Source: Clostridia bacterium (GTDB lineage Bacteria; Bacillota; Clostridia; RGIG6154). From it: DNA of 64,000 nucleotides. A program made the translations under genes and the position numbers. The DNA is taken from positions 26,265-90,264 of the forward strand of contig JAZUPZ010000029.1 of NCBI GenBank assembly GCA_045605445.1, read 5' to 3'. Positions within the stretch are counted from its first letter, which is position 1; every line of letters begins with the position of its first letter. The notes beneath the pieces were generated by a model, which was given only the letters and a program-made list of their open reading frames with translations, searched no databases and was not told the origin of the DNA. This document shows, in pieces, positions 46,816 to 57,295 of this stretch.

Positions 46816-48056
46816 TGAAAATTTTAATGCTTAAGCCTTATTACACTCCCGAGTCTGTATCAAGCTCTCACCTTTCAGAGGATATGATGGAGTCATATCT
46901 TGCCGAAGAGGATATAACTATTGAGATACATACGCCTTATCCAACCAGGGGTGTTTCAAAGGAAGTAAGAAAAGAATTTATTAAAAATAAAAAACACGAG
47001 GTTCTTGAAAACGGCAGACTTACCGTTCACAGATTCCCTATGTTCAGAGAAGGAAGAAATTCTCTTTTAAGAGCCTTCAGATATACTCTTTGTATTATTG
47101 CAAACACAATTAACGGTCTTAAGGCTAAAGATGTTGACGTGTTCACCATTGCCAGCACACCTCCTATAAACGGTCTCATGATGGCGGTTCTCAAAAAGTT
47201 CAAGGGATATAAGATTATGTATAATCTTCAGGATATTTTCCCTGATTCTCTTGTAAATACGGGAATGACCAAAAAGGGCTCCTTCTTATGGAAAATAGGC
47301 AGATGGATTGAAAATATGACCTATAGAGCTGCAGATGTTATTACCGTTATTTCTGAAGATTTTAAAAAGAATATAATGGAGAAGGGTGTTCCCGAGGAAA
47401 AAATTGAAATTGTTTACAACTGGGTTGACGAAAACAAGGTTGTTAACGTTGAAAGGGAAGACAATCCTCTTTATGACAAATTCGGTCTTGACAGAAATAA
47501 GTTTTATATTTGTTACAGCGGCAATGTGGGCTATACCCAGAATCTTGATATGCTTAAAACCGTAGCTAAAAATTTAAAAGAGTATGAAGATATTGAATTT
47601 ATAATAATAGGCGAGGGCGCCTATAAAGAAAAGCTTATTTCAGAGCTTGAAGAGGAAAACATTAAAAACATAAAGCTGTTTCCGTTCCAGGACTACAGCG
47701 ATATTTCCTGCGTTTTCTCTCTTGGCGATGCGGGTCTTGTTATGTCTAAAAAAGGCGTTGGAACAAATTCGGTTCCAAGTAAAACCTGGAGCATAATGTC
47801 GGCAGAGCGTCCGGTGCTTGCCTCCTTTGACAAGGGCTCTGAGCTTGACAGTATAATTGAAAGTCAGAAATGCGGAATCTGTGTTGATGCCGACGATGTT
47901 GAAGCCTTTACCGGTGCCGTTATCGAAATGTATAACAACAAAGATTTGTTAAGAGAGCTTGGCAAAAACGGAAGACAGTTTATTTTAGACAATCTTACAA
48001 AAGAAACAGGTACAAAGAAAAACTTGGAAATTATGAGAAGGATTGTAAATGGTTAA
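46815..48056 (+). CDS. Glycosyltransferase family 4 (WbuB-like)
   Basis: It has the GT-B fold and an N-terminal MKIL.LKPYY.PE motif. Confidence 0.8.
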   Translation: MKILMLKPYYTPESVSSSHLSEDMMESYLAEEDITIEIHTPYPTRGVSKEVRKEFIKNKKHEVLENGRLTVHRFPMFREGRNSLLRAFRYTLCIIANTINGLKAKDVDVFTIASTPPINGLMMAVLKKFKGYKIMYNLQDIFPDSLVNTGMTKKGSFLWKIGRWIENMTYRAADVITVISEDFKKNIMEKGVPEEKIEIVYNWVDENKVVNVEREDNPLYDKFGLDRNKFYICYSGNVGYTQNLDMLKTVAKNLKEYEDIEFIIIGEGAYKEKLISELEEENIKNIKLFPFQDYSDISCVFSLGDAGLVMSKKGVGTNSVPSKTWSIMSAERPVLASFDKGSELDSIIESQKCGICVDADDVEAFTGAVIEMYNNKDLLRELGKNGRQFILDNLTKETGTKKNLEIMRRIVNG

Positions 48057-49242
48057 ATATTTGTGGATCGGTATGAGTGCCGACGAAAAGCTTAAAAAGG
48101 AAATAGTTTCAAAAGGCGGAAAAATGCTTTCTGCCGCTGTTTCCCAGGATAACTTTGTAGAAGGACTTTCACGGGAAATAAAGCTTGATTCAATAAATGC
48201 CTACCGTTTGCCCCCGTATCCAAAATACAAAGAAAGAAAAGTAAAGGAATATTCCTGGGAAAACCAAGCGGGAAAGCATATAAGCGTGGGATATCTTAAT
48301 TTAAAGTATATAGGGCATATGTTTAAAACCGCTTCCCTGAAAAAGGCGGCAAAAAAATGGGCAAAGGAAAATAAAAACGAAAAGGTTGTTGTTTTTGTCT
48401 ATTCAATGCACTCGCCCTTTATGGAAGCTGCGGTTCAGGTTAAAAAAATTGTAAAAAGCTGCCGCATTTGTCTTATTGTTCCCGACCTGCCTCAGTATAT
48501 GGACCTTGCAATGTCAAGGGTTAAGGCAGCCCTGAAAAAAGCCGACTGGGTTAAAATTCAGAGGCTTATGAAATCAATTGATAGATATGTGCTTTATTCA
48601 AAGCATATGGCAGAATTCTTAAAGCTTAAGGATAACTGGACAGTAATAGAAGGCTCTGTTAATGATGCCGATGTGGTTTACGACTTAGTTGAAAAAAGCG
48701 AAAAAACAACGGTTATGTACAGCGGAGTATGCGATTTAAGATACGGAATTCCCGAGCTTCTTGATGCCTTTAATGAAATAGAAAACGAAAACTTTGAGCT
48801 TTGGATAACCGGCGTTGGAAACGCAGTTGAGCTCATAAAGGAAAGAGCCGCAGGGGATGCGAGAATAAAATATCTCGGCTTTTTGCCCACAAGAAAAGAC
48901 CTTCTTTTAAAGCAAAAAAGTGCTACAATGATGATAAATATGAGAAAGCCTACAGAGGAGGCTTCGGCTTATTGCTTCCCCTCAAAGCTTTTTGAATATA
49001 TGGCTTCAGGAAACCCCGTTTTAACTTTTGCTATCGACGGTATTCCCGATGAATACTACAATTATCTTGTAAAAATGGAAAGTACGGCAATCTGCCATAT
49101 AAAGGATGCAATTTTAAAGGTTGCGGAGCTTTCCGGGGAAGAAAGAGAAAGTCTGGGCAGTTTTTCAAGAAACTTTGTTCTTGAAAAGAAAAACAAGTTT
49201 GTCCAGGCAAAAAAATTATTGGAGTTTGCAGATTATGAGTAA
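48049..49242 (+). CDS. GT-B glycosyltransferase (GT4-like)
   Basis: The C-terminal E-x7-E region is FPSKLFEYMASGNPVL. Confidence 0.65.
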   Translation: MVKYLWIGMSADEKLKKEIVSKGGKMLSAAVSQDNFVEGLSREIKLDSINAYRLPPYPKYKERKVKEYSWENQAGKHISVGYLNLKYIGHMFKTASLKKAAKKWAKENKNEKVVVFVYSMHSPFMEAAVQVKKIVKSCRICLIVPDLPQYMDLAMSRVKAALKKADWVKIQRLMKSIDRYVLYSKHMAEFLKLKDNWTVIEGSVNDADVVYDLVEKSEKTTVMYSGVCDLRYGIPELLDAFNEIENENFELWITGVGNAVELIKERAAGDARIKYLGFLPTRKDLLLKQKSATMMINMRKPTEEASAYCFPSKLFEYMASGNPVLTFAIDGIPDEYYNYLVKMESTAICHIKDAILKVAELSGEERESLGSFSRNFVLEKKNKFVQAKKLLEFADYE

Positions 49243-50032
49243 TCCTTTTTTCAGTATAATAGTTGTATGCCTTAATGCAGAAGATTCTGTCAGAGAAACG
49301 GTTAACTCTGTTTTAAAACAGAATTTTACAGATTTTGAGGTTGTTGTAAAAGACGGGCTTTCAAAGGATAAAACCCTTGAAGAGGTGCCTGTTGATGAAA
49401 GAGTAAAGGTTTATTCTTTGGCAGATAAAAGCCTTTACGATGCAATGAATCAGGCAATTGAAAGAGCAACGGGAAGGTTCCTTTGTTTCTTGAACTGTGG
49501 CGATTTTTTCGCAAACGAAAATGTTTTGGCGGAAATATACAAAAAAGCAATAGAGGATAAGGAAGAAAGAAAAACAGTTTACGGTAATTACGCAAGAAAG
49601 GGCGTTGTTTATAAACAGCCCTCAGCCCTTTCAAAGTTTTATCTTTACAGAACGCCCCTTTGCCATCAGACAATGTTTTTTGCAAAGAAGCTCTTTGAGG
49701 AAAACGGACTCTATGATACAAGCCTTAAAATTCTTGCGGATTATGACCATACCCTTCACGATTTTACAAGCGGAGCAAAATTTGCTTATTGTGATACGGT
49801 TGTCTGCGACTATATGGGTGGTGGCGTTTCAGAATCGGAAAAGGGAAGACAGATAAAAAAACAGGAATATAAAGTAGTAAGGGAAAAATATTTTTCAAAA
49901 TCGGAAATAAGAAAATTTGAACTAAAGCTTAAGCTTTCAATGAGAGGCTTAAGACAGAAAATGGCATCTGACAACGCGCCCTATTTTATAAGAAAGCTTT
50001 ACAGATTTCTGGTTAATAAAGTAAACAGGTAG
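49235..50032 (+). CDS. Glycosyltransferase family 2
   Basis: FSIIVVCLNAEDSVRETVNSVLKQNFTDFEVVVKDGLSKD is a GT2 N-terminus. I chose the start at ATG 49235, overlapping the upstream stop. Confidence 0.8.
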   Translation: MSNPFFSIIVVCLNAEDSVRETVNSVLKQNFTDFEVVVKDGLSKDKTLEEVPVDERVKVYSLADKSLYDAMNQAIERATGRFLCFLNCGDFFANENVLAEIYKKAIEDKEERKTVYGNYARKGVVYKQPSALSKFYLYRTPLCHQTMFFAKKLFEENGLYDTSLKILADYDHTLHDFTSGAKFAYCDTVVCDYMGGGVSESEKGRQIKKQEYKVVREKYFSKSEIRKFELKLKLSMRGLRQKMASDNAPYFIRKLYRFLVNKVNR

Positions 50033-50041
50033 GTGAGGAAA

Positions 50042-51121
50042 ATGAAAATTTGTTTTGTAACCGGCTCTCTTAAATTCAGCGGAGCGGAAAAAATAATTTC
50101 TATGCTTATGGACAAGCTTAATGAAAGAGGTCATGATATAAGCGTTATTCTTTTAAGCAAAAAAGAGGCAGTTGAAGGCTTTGATTATGCAACCCAATAT
50201 CCCTGCTTTGTAAGAGGAAATCCCGTTTCAAAGGTGCTTAACAGAATTAAAAAAATAAGAAAAATTGCAAAGGAAAACAAGTTCGATGCAATAATTTCCT
50301 TTAATGCCCTGTTTAATATCGACGTACTTTTTGCTCTTATGGGGACAAAGTCAAATGTTATCTGCTGTGACAGAAACGACCCGGTTTACGACCCTCCGGA
50401 GCTTAACAGAAGAATAAGAAGAAAAATTTTCTATCCTTTGTCAAAGGGCTTTGTTTTCCAGACAGAGGTTATAAAAAATTACTATAAAGAGGGAATAAGA
50501 AAAAAATCTGTTGTAATTCCCAATTTTATCGAGGCAGACTATGAATGTGTTGCCGAAAACAAAAGAAGAAAGGTTATTGCAACCTCTGCCCGTCTTGATG
50601 ATAATCAGAAAAACCACGTTATGCTTTTAAAGGGCTTTGCGGAATTTTCAAAAACAAACAGCGAATATACCCTTGAAATGTATGGCGACGGTCCCGACAG
50701 GGCAAAATACGAGGCTCTTATAAAAGAGCTGGGAATGGAAGAGAAAATAATTCTTTGCGGACGTGTTGAAAACGTTTCCGAAAGACTTAAAGATATTGAA
50801 ATTTTTGTGCTTACCTCAAAATTCGAGGGAATGCCAAATGCTCTTATAGAGGCAATGGCAACAGGTTTGCCCTGTATTTCAACCGATTGCGGCGGTGGCG
50901 GAGCTGCGGCACTTATTGAAAACAACGTAAACGGAATTTTAATTCCGCAAAATGACATTAAGGCTTTCACAAAAGCTCTTGAAAAGCTTGCTTCAGACGA
51001 AGCTTTAAGAATTGAGCTTGGTAAAAATGCCTATAAAATCAATCAGCGTCTTGATATAAACAAAATTGCGGTTATGTGGGAAGATGCAATTGAAAAACTG
51101 ACAAAAGGAACGGATAAATGA
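50042..51121 (+). CDS. Glycosyltransferase family 4
   Basis: EGMPNALIEAMATGLPCISTD is the E-x7-E motif. The RBS is aggtgagg. Confidence 0.85.
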   Translation: MKICFVTGSLKFSGAEKIISMLMDKLNERGHDISVILLSKKEAVEGFDYATQYPCFVRGNPVSKVLNRIKKIRKIAKENKFDAIISFNALFNIDVLFALMGTKSNVICCDRNDPVYDPPELNRRIRRKIFYPLSKGFVFQTEVIKNYYKEGIRKKSVVIPNFIEADYECVAENKRRKVIATSARLDDNQKNHVMLLKGFAEFSKTNSEYTLEMYGDGPDRAKYEALIKELGMEEKIILCGRVENVSERLKDIEIFVLTSKFEGMPNALIEAMATGLPCISTDCGGGGAAALIENNVNGILIPQNDIKAFTKALEKLASDEALRIELGKNAYKINQRLDINKIAVMWEDAIEKLTKGTDK

Positions 51122-52425
51122 GAGTACTTAACCCTTTGGAAAAAAACAGCATAATTCACGATATGGCAATGTTCTGCCTGGCGCTCTGGATTGTTCTTAA
51201 CACAACCTTTGAGTTCTTCTCGGGCTATACGGTATTGTCCTCCCTTTCAATGTATCTGTTTCTGGGAGCTGGAGCCTTCTGGCTTCTTATAAAGGGCAGA
51301 TATACAATTGCAGGAAATTACTATTTCGTGTCCCTTATATTTCTTGAAATTCTGATTCTTATATCAACCTTTTTCGTGCCAAGCACAATTACAAAATACG
51401 TTGACATGTATACCTACAGATTTTCAACTAACGTTGTTATGGCTTTTATAATAATTAACCTTATAAAGGACGAAAAAGATATCGATTACATATTCAAAGC
51501 CTTCGTAATAGGCGGAGTTTTGCTTACTATAATGTTTTACTCCGTTTACGGCTTCGACGTTTTCGAGTTTGAAGCAATGGCAAATGATGACGAATCAAGA
51601 TTCGGCTGGGAGTTTGGAAACGTTAACGTTCTTGCTCAGAGATGCTCCTTCTCCCTTATATTTGCTCTTTACTATATGATTTTTACAAAGAAAAAGGCAA
51701 GTAAAATATGGTATCTTTTAATTGTTGCGGCAACCTTTACGGTTATTCTGTTCTCCGGTTCAAGAAAATCGGTTCTTGTAGTTGCTTTCGTTGCGGTATT
51801 CCTTATTATGAACCGTCAGAAAAGAACGGGAGTGGGCAAAAGGCTTACGGCGGTTGCCGGTGCTATTGCGGTTATTGTGGCAATTGTTGTGGTTATTATG
51901 ACAGTTCCTGCTTTTGAGGTTGCAAGGGTAAGGCTTGAGAGTCTTTTCGAGGTATTCTTAGGCGGAAACTTCAGCGTTTCCGATATGAGACGAATGGTGT
52001 ATATAAGAAGGGGACTTTCTCAGTTTCTGAAATCGCCTTTCTTCGGCAACGGAATGTGTTATTCTGTTTATATGTTCGGAACATATACCCATAATAACTT
52101 TGTTGAAATGCTCCTTAACTTTGGTGTTGTAGGTTTTATAATTTACTATTCTTCCTACTATATCAGTATGAGAAAGGCATTAAGCAAACAGTTTGGCTAC
52201 GACAGAAAAAGAAAAATTCTTTTTATAGGAATTATCCTTTCCATTCTTGTTACCGAGATGGGAATTATAACTTATTATGACAGAAACATTGTTGTTCTTC
52301 TGTGCGCCGTAAGTAAATATTATTCAGATATTGTTTATGTAAAAGTGCCGGAGGAAGAGGAAGAAGTCGAAGGCTTTAACGAAGAGTATGAAGAAGATTT
52401 TGAGCTTTCTGAAGATTCAGAATAA
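51118..52425 (+). CDS. Wzy-type O-antigen/polysaccharide polymerase (multi-TM) with acidic C-terminal tail
   Basis: It has ~10-12 TM helices, a large loop and no soluble domains, and sits between the glycosyltransferases and Wzx. Confidence 0.6.
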   Translation: MRVLNPLEKNSIIHDMAMFCLALWIVLNTTFEFFSGYTVLSSLSMYLFLGAGAFWLLIKGRYTIAGNYYFVSLIFLEILILISTFFVPSTITKYVDMYTYRFSTNVVMAFIIINLIKDEKDIDYIFKAFVIGGVLLTIMFYSVYGFDVFEFEAMANDDESRFGWEFGNVNVLAQRCSFSLIFALYYMIFTKKKASKIWYLLIVAATFTVILFSGSRKSVLVVAFVAVFLIMNRQKRTGVGKRLTAVAGAIAVIVAIVVVIMTVPAFEVARVRLESLFEVFLGGNFSVSDMRRMVYIRRGLSQFLKSPFFGNGMCYSVYMFGTYTHNNFVEMLLNFGVVGFIIYYSSYYISMRKALSKQFGYDRKRKILFIGIILSILVTEMGIITYYDRNIVVLLCAVSKYYSDIVYVKVPEEEEEVEGFNEEYEEDFELSEDSE

Positions 52426-52442
52426 ATTGAAAGGAATGTAAT

Positions 52443-53927
52443 ATGGCTAAAGGATTGATGAAAACCGTAAAGGGAATGGCATTGATGTCTTCAAGCATTT
52501 TTATTGACTATGTGGTCAATCTTATAATAACTTATGTGCTTGCAAGGCTTCTTACTCAGGCAGATTACGGTGAGGTTGCGGCAATAACGGTAATGGTCGG
52601 CTTTGCGGACATTTTCTGGCAGATGGGCGTAGGTCCTGCTCTTGTTCAGAAAAAAGATGCTACTGAAAAAGACATTTTAACAGCCCAAACTCTTAACCTT
52701 ATGTTTGGCGTTGTGCTATTTTCGGTTGTTAATATTTTTGCAGGCTTCTGGGTTAAAGTTTTCAGCATTTCAAATATTATAATGTTCAGAATTTACTCAA
52801 CTGTTTTCCTGCTGAACAGCTATATTGCAACCCCTATGTCTCTTGCGCAGAGAAACTGCAATTTCAAGCTTTTGTCAAAGCTTAATGTATGGGGTGTTGT
52901 GTTCTACGGGGTTATCGCAATAATCCTTGCAAAAATGGGCTTTGGTCCCTGGGCACTTATTTATGCAACCCTTTTGAGATATGTGTTCAAGCTGGTGCTG
53001 CTTGTTATTAACGTAAAGCTGAAATTCAGCCTTTATTTTAATAAGGAATCGGCAAAAAGCCTTCTTTTCTTCGGAAGCGGACACACTCTTGCAAGAATTT
53101 TTAATTACATAGCAAATAACGGAGATACCTTCGTTGTAAATAAAACTCTTACAAAAGCGGCGGTAGGCGCCTATACAAAAACCTACAGCCTTATCGGTTA
53201 TCCCGCAAGCCTTATCGGAAACACTCTTGACCACGTAATGTTTCCCATTTTATCAGGCTGTCAGGACGACCACGCAAAAATCAGAAAGTTTTTGTATACC
53301 TGCACAAGCTTTGTGGCGCTCATGACGGTTCCTCTTTCGGTTACCTGTGTTTTCTGCAGCGAAGACCTTGTTCTTTTCTTCCTGGGCGAAAACTGGGTAT
53401 CAATCGTTGAACCCTTTAATATAATGATTGTTGCTCTGTTCTTCAGAACGGCATACAGAATTGCAGATACAATAACAAAATCAATAGGTAAGGTTTATTA
53501 CCGTTCCGTAATTCAGATTGTTTATGCGGTTTCGGTTGTTCTCGGAGCCTATGTCGGTCACTTTAACGGACTTACAGCTATCGCTTTTTATGTAACAATT
53601 GCTTTTGTTCTTAACTATTTCCTTATGACCGGACTTTGTATGTATTTTATAAAAGCAAATGTTCTTAAATATATCTCAACGGCAATCGGACCTTTTGTTT
53701 ACGGCTTTGTGGCTCTTATGGCGGGAATGCTTGTTAAAGGCTTTATAAATCAGATTCAGAACCACTTCCTGGTGTGCGCCGCATGGGCAATATTTATTTT
53801 CGGAATTTACGCTCTGCTCTTTTTAACAACAAGAAAGTTTATGCTTGTAAAAGAATTAAACGAGTCCTTTGATTCGGTTGTAAAATCCTTTTTCAGTAAG
53901 CTGAAAAAGAAAAATCAGGAGGGATAA
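52443..53927 (+). CDS. Wzx-type oligosaccharide flippase (MOP superfamily)
   Basis: It has 12-14 TM helices and the polysaccharide-biosynthesis-protein architecture. Confidence 0.7.
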   Translation: MAKGLMKTVKGMALMSSSIFIDYVVNLIITYVLARLLTQADYGEVAAITVMVGFADIFWQMGVGPALVQKKDATEKDILTAQTLNLMFGVVLFSVVNIFAGFWVKVFSISNIIMFRIYSTVFLLNSYIATPMSLAQRNCNFKLLSKLNVWGVVFYGVIAIILAKMGFGPWALIYATLLRYVFKLVLLVINVKLKFSLYFNKESAKSLLFFGSGHTLARIFNYIANNGDTFVVNKTLTKAAVGAYTKTYSLIGYPASLIGNTLDHVMFPILSGCQDDHAKIRKFLYTCTSFVALMTVPLSVTCVFCSEDLVLFFLGENWVSIVEPFNIMIVALFFRTAYRIADTITKSIGKVYYRSVIQIVYAVSVVLGAYVGHFNGLTAIAFYVTIAFVLNYFLMTGLCMYFIKANVLKYISTAIGPFVYGFVALMAGMLVKGFINQIQNHFLVCAAWAIFIFGIYALLFLTTRKFMLVKELNESFDSVVKSFFSKLKKKNQEG

Positions 53928-53930
53928 GAA

Positions 53931-55421
53931 ATGTTATCTGCGGTTGAAAAATTTATAAAAACCTTTAATGAAAAGGGAATTTTATACTGTCACTATAAAG
54001 GAAACAATCATATAGAAGATGGCCTTGAAGGCATATCCGACCTTGACATTCTTGTGGATAAAACACAAAAAAAAGAATGTAAAGAAGCTTTGAAGGAAAT
54101 GGGCTTTGTTCACTTTAAATCTCAGGAGGGTTCGGCTTTTGAGTCTGTGGAAGACTGGATAAACGTTGACAGCGAAACGGGAAAAATGATTCATATTCAT
54201 TTGTATTATGAAATAATAACCGGAACAAAATACGTTGAAGAGTATCGTATCCCCTGGGAAAAACAAATTCTTGAAACAAGAATTCAGGATGTTAACCACG
54301 GCGGAATTTACATTTCCTCAAGAGAGGCAGAGCTTGCTCTTGTTTATGCAATTATGAGCCTTAAAAAGGAAAAAAGCGTTTCGGAAAAGAATATGAAAAA
54401 GCTTGATTTCTTTAAGCCCGTTGCGGAAGATGAAGCTCTTGAAGCTTTTCTTAAATCTGTGTTTAAAGAAGAGGATGCGGAAAAATTCGGAGAAATTCTT
54501 CACAGATATTATAACCTTGAAAAAACATATAAAATCATTTCTTCTTATGCAGAAAGAAGGGTAAGCCCTTTGAAAACCCTTCTTTGTCATAAGAAAACTG
54601 ATTTTAAGATAAAAATGAAATCAAAGCTTAACAGAAAGCTTAAAACCAATTTTGTTTTAAAGAAAACAATTGAAGGTAACGGATTTTCTGTTTGCTTTGC
54701 AGGTGCCGACGGCTCAGGAAAAAGCACAATCAGTGCCGATGTAATCAAATGGCTTAACTGGAAAATAGACTCAAAAAATTTTTACCTCGGAAGCGGTGAC
54801 CAGTATCACAGCCTGTGGAAAACAATAACCCTTAAGTTCGGCGGAAGAACAAGCAGAACAGCTCCTGCAGCAGATTCAAAGCCTGAGGATAAAGAAAACA
54901 ATGCGGTAAAAGCTCCGGCTCCCGTTAAAAGAAAGTTTTCAATTTTAAGCTACGGTATGGCGGTTGTTAACTGTCTTAACGAGGTTGGAATAGCAAAGTA
55001 TAAGTATAAAACTCTTAAAAAAGCCGAAAAATATATGAGAAAAGGCGGAATTGCAATTTTTGACCGCTTCCCTCAGATGCAGTTTGCGGGAGTTTACGAC
55101 GGTCCTAAGCTTGATGGCGTGCTCAAAAAATTCCCAAAAAGTATTGTTATAAATCATTTTCACAAAAAAGAACGTAAGCTTCTTGAGCTTATAACAACAA
55201 ATTATTATCCTACAATTTTAATTAAGCTTATTCTTCCGCCGGAAGAGTCAATAAGAAGAAAACCCGACCATAATTTCAAAGAGGTTGCGCTTAAGGCAGA
55301 AATTACCGAAAAGCTTGAATTTGAAAAATCTCAGGTTGAAAAAATTGATGCAACCCAGCTTTATGAAAATGAACTCATTGAGGTGAAAAACATTATATGG
55401 GAAAAAGTAAAAAGCCTGTAA
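53931..55421 (+). CDS. Two-domain protein: N-terminal nucleotidyltransferase-fold (GLEGISDLDILVD) plus C-terminal P-loop kinase (dTMP-kinase-like, FAGADGSGKST ... FDRFP)
   Basis: The hG[GS]..SDxD motif of Pol-beta-type nucleotidyltransferases is present, together with Walker A and a DR(Y/F)-like motif. Confidence 0.45.
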   Translation: MLSAVEKFIKTFNEKGILYCHYKGNNHIEDGLEGISDLDILVDKTQKKECKEALKEMGFVHFKSQEGSAFESVEDWINVDSETGKMIHIHLYYEIITGTKYVEEYRIPWEKQILETRIQDVNHGGIYISSREAELALVYAIMSLKKEKSVSEKNMKKLDFFKPVAEDEALEAFLKSVFKEEDAEKFGEILHRYYNLEKTYKIISSYAERRVSPLKTLLCHKKTDFKIKMKSKLNRKLKTNFVLKKTIEGNGFSVCFAGADGSGKSTISADVIKWLNWKIDSKNFYLGSGDQYHSLWKTITLKFGGRTSRTAPAADSKPEDKENNAVKAPAPVKRKFSILSYGMAVVNCLNEVGIAKYKYKTLKKAEKYMRKGGIAIFDRFPQMQFAGVYDGPKLDGVLKKFPKSIVINHFHKKERKLLELITTNYYPTILIKLILPPEESIRRKPDHNFKEVALKAEITEKLEFEKSQVEKIDATQLYENELIEVKNIIWEKVKSL

Positions 55422-56083
55422 TAATAGAGCTTACGGGATTTCCGGGAGTGGGAAAAACAACGGTAAGCAGTAAGCTTTCCGAAAGGTACGGTCAGGAGCT
55501 TAACCTTTCCGATTACATAAATTTTTTTAGCAGCGGGGAATCGGGCGTTAAGAACTATATAAAATTTTTAAAGGACGGCGACCTTGTTCAGCTTTTCAAC
55601 CTTGCTTGTTATCTTGCTTCGATAAGAAGGCTTAAGTCAATAAAATATGTTCTGAAAAATGTATATATATTTACTCTGACTTACAAAAGCTTCTGCAAAA
55701 ACAGTAAATACAGCTACACTCTCTCAGACGACAGTATGATTCAGGCAATAACCCTGCTGAATTTTCCAGAAAAATTTGTTCTTAATAAATATTCTGAAAG
55801 AATTTTCAAAAGGCTTTTTTCAAGGTTTGAAATAGTTGCGGTTAACTGTATCTGCGACAAGGAAATCTGTATGGAGAGGCTTATTGAAAGAAATCACAGC
55901 AAGGGAAGATTTGACAAAATTGACAAAAACAATAAAGAAGAGCTTAAAAGGGTTCTTGGAAATTTTGAAGAATCTCTTGAAATTGTAAGAAATTATCTTG
56001 AAAGTATCGGCGTAAAGCAGATAAATCTTGATATGACTGCGACACCTGAGGAAAATGCGGAAATAATTTATAAAAATCTTTAA
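55397..56083 (+). CDS. P-loop NTPase / small-molecule kinase (AAA_33/zeta-toxin/CPT-like fold)
   Basis: Walker A GFPGVGKTT lies at the N-terminus of a ~225-aa protein. Confidence 0.5.
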   Translation: MGKSKKPVIIELTGFPGVGKTTVSSKLSERYGQELNLSDYINFFSSGESGVKNYIKFLKDGDLVQLFNLACYLASIRRLKSIKYVLKNVYIFTLTYKSFCKNSKYSYTLSDDSMIQAITLLNFPEKFVLNKYSERIFKRLFSRFEIVAVNCICDKEICMERLIERNHSKGRFDKIDKNNKEELKRVLGNFEESLEIVRNYLESIGVKQINLDMTATPEENAEIIYKNL

Positions 56084-56095
56084 AGGAAGTATTTT

Positions 56096-57277
56096 ATGAT
56101 ATCGGATAAGCTTTTAACTCAATTTTTAAAAAGATACCCGGGAGCGGAAAACCCTATGAAGGCATTCTGTCCTTACAGAGTTTGCCCCATCGGTGCCCAC
56201 GTTGACCATCAGCACGGGAAAATAACCGGCTTTGCTATTGATAAGGGAATTGAAATTGTGTTCATCCCTACAAAAAACGGCGTTGTTGAACTGTCAAGCC
56301 TTAACTTTGAAGGTAAAAAACAGTTTCATATAAACAGTGTTCCCGAAAAGCAAAATGACTGGGCAGACTATTTAAGAGGTGCAACAATTGCAATCGGAGA
56401 AAGATACGAGCTGAAATACGGGGTTTATGCTCTTATTTCCGGCGGTCTTCCCATAGGCGGACTTTCTTCCTCTGCGGCTGTAATTCTTGCCTATATGTCA
56501 GCTCTTTGCAAGGCGAACAACATTCATCTTAACCAAAGAGAGGTTGTTGAAATTGCTCAGTCGGCAGAGAATAATTATGTTGGAATCAGCGTTGGAAAGC
56601 TTGACCAGTCCTGCGAGATATATTCCAAAAAAGAGCATCTGCTTTATCTTGATACAAGAACAGACGAATATCAGCTTATTCCTTTAAATAAAAAAATGAA
56701 GCCCTTTGAAATTGCGGTTTTTTTCAGCGGAGTTGAAAGAACTCTGGTGGGAAGCGCATATAATATGCGAGTAGACGAGTCAAAATCTGCGGCATATGCT
56801 CTTCTGGCTTTTGCAAATCAGCCTTACGGCAAATTCAAAGAAACCAGACTTCGCGATGTTGAAGAAAGTGTTTTTGAAAAATATAAGGACAAGCTTCCGG
56901 AAAACTGGAAAAAAAGAGCAATGCACTATTACAGCGAGCAAAACAGAGTTGAAAAAGGCGTTGAGGCGTGGAAAAACGGCGATATCGATGCTTTCGGAAG
57001 CCTTTCTTACGAAAGCGGAATAAGCAGTATTGAAAATTATCAGACAGGCTCAACCGAGCTTAAAGCATTAAGTGAAATAATGGCTCATACCGAAGGTATT
57101 TACGGCGGAAGGTTCAGCGGAGCAGGCTTTAAAGGCTGTTGTATAGCTCTTGTAGACCCGGCAAAAAAGAAAAGCATAAAAGAACAGGTTACAAAGGAAT
57201 ATCTCGGAAAGTTTCCTGAGCTTGAAGGCAAATTTTCCGTTCATTTCTGTAAAACCGCCGACGGATGTGAATTTTAA
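56096..57277 (+). CDS. GHMP-family sugar 1-kinase, galactokinase-like
   Basis: It has a GalK signature (PYRVCPIGAHVDHQHG) and the GHMP motif LPIGGLSSSAAV. Confidence 0.8.
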   Translation: MISDKLLTQFLKRYPGAENPMKAFCPYRVCPIGAHVDHQHGKITGFAIDKGIEIVFIPTKNGVVELSSLNFEGKKQFHINSVPEKQNDWADYLRGATIAIGERYELKYGVYALISGGLPIGGLSSSAAVILAYMSALCKANNIHLNQREVVEIAQSAENNYVGISVGKLDQSCEIYSKKEHLLYLDTRTDEYQLIPLNKKMKPFEIAVFFSGVERTLVGSAYNMRVDESKSAAYALLAFANQPYGKFKETRLRDVEESVFEKYKDKLPENWKKRAMHYYSEQNRVEKGVEAWKNGDIDAFGSLSYESGISSIENYQTGSTELKALSEIMAHTEGIYGGRFSGAGFKGCCIALVDPAKKKSIKEQVTKEYLGKFPELEGKFSVHFCKTADGCEF

Positions 57278-57295
57278 AACAAAGGAGAAGGATTT